In this document: one piece after another, positions 63,683-64,000 of the stretch
Layout: every line of letters begins with the position of its first letter
How positions within the stretch are numbered: the stretch's first letter is position 1
NCBI GenBank assembly: GCA_050949565.1
Contig: JBMNFY010000017.1
Location: 544,001-608,000, forward strand
DNA length: 64,000 nucleotides
Direction of reading: 5' to 3'
DNA from: Kiritimatiellia bacterium
Lineage (GTDB): Bacteria; Verrucomicrobiota; Kiritimatiellia; RFP12; UBA1067
Notes under the pieces: model-generated
What the model was told of the DNA's origin: nothing
Database searches by the model: none
What the model saw: only the letters and a program-made list of their open reading frames with translations
Program-made: the position numbers and the translations under genes

Positions 63683-63847
63683 TTCGTCTCTCCTTTGCCG
63701 AGCCACTCGGCGGCCTCTTTCTGAATGTCGCGCCAATCCATCACGCCTTCACGAAAGATTTCGCGCGCGATCAGGATGTCCGCAAACGTTTTGCCTTCCG
63801 GGACAGTCGGTCGCGATGCGTTGAGCCCTCCTGCCGCGGGGTCGAGT

Positions 63848-63953
63848 GCCACGCCGCCATCCTTCCGTTGCCACCTCGGTTGCCTTGCCACGGCAACACA
63901 TTACCACACCGCGAAAACGCCTCGCAACCCTTGATTGGCTCATGTCAAATTAC
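63848..63953 (-). repeat. 106-bp dispersed repeat copy 2
   Basis: Matches 2313..2418; followed on the minus strand by a C-terminal gene remnant ending ...WLGKGETK* that overlaps the esterase ATG. Confidence 0.9.
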
Positions 63954-64000
63954 GCCCCCGTTTTTCTCCCTTCTCTCACGATCTTCTTTAGAGGTGTTTT

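Noticed and set aside
1-64000. tRNA, rRNA or riboswitch
   Set aside because: No recognisable cloverleaf or conserved rRNA/riboswitch motifs by eye; a covariance-model scan was not possible.

Overview
GC-rich bacterial chromosomal window, probably from the PVC superphylum (Kiritimatiellae-like; inferred from PATR/LamG secreted proteins, an HZS-alpha-like cytochrome and prepilin style). It contains: (i) a low-GC toxin/immunity-like remnant at the left edge; (ii) etfBA; (iii) a ~17 kb carbohydrate/sugar-acid locus (beta-helix protein, LamG protein, two sialidase-like proteins, a beta-propeller GH, an Nramp-like transporter, eda, kdgK, GntR); (iv) housekeeping genes (manA, dnaX, mtnN, priA, serS, cdd, pdp, a two-component system, ydbH-ynbE-ydbL); and (v) several broken secreted-protein genes. 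The most unusual signal is non-coding. Five consecutive intergenic gaps in the carbohydrate locus are each occupied by an element bounded by the same perfect 28-30 bp inverted repeat (AACCATGAAACACATGAAACTTCATGAAA ... TTTCATGAAGTTTCATGTGTTTCATGGTT). Two of these elements enclose exactly one GxxExxY (PD-(D/E)XK-like) gene; three carry only non-coding repeat modules. A collapsed 'empty site' lies behind a paralogous gene end, and duplicated gene fragments abut decayed repeat ends. Other intergenic regions hold ordered arrays of different triple-repeat modules joined by a conserved GGCAYNGCTCGG linker, plus several REP-like palindrome families. No rRNA, tRNA, CRISPR-cas or recognisable IS transposase was found. 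All family calls are from motif recognition, not database searches.
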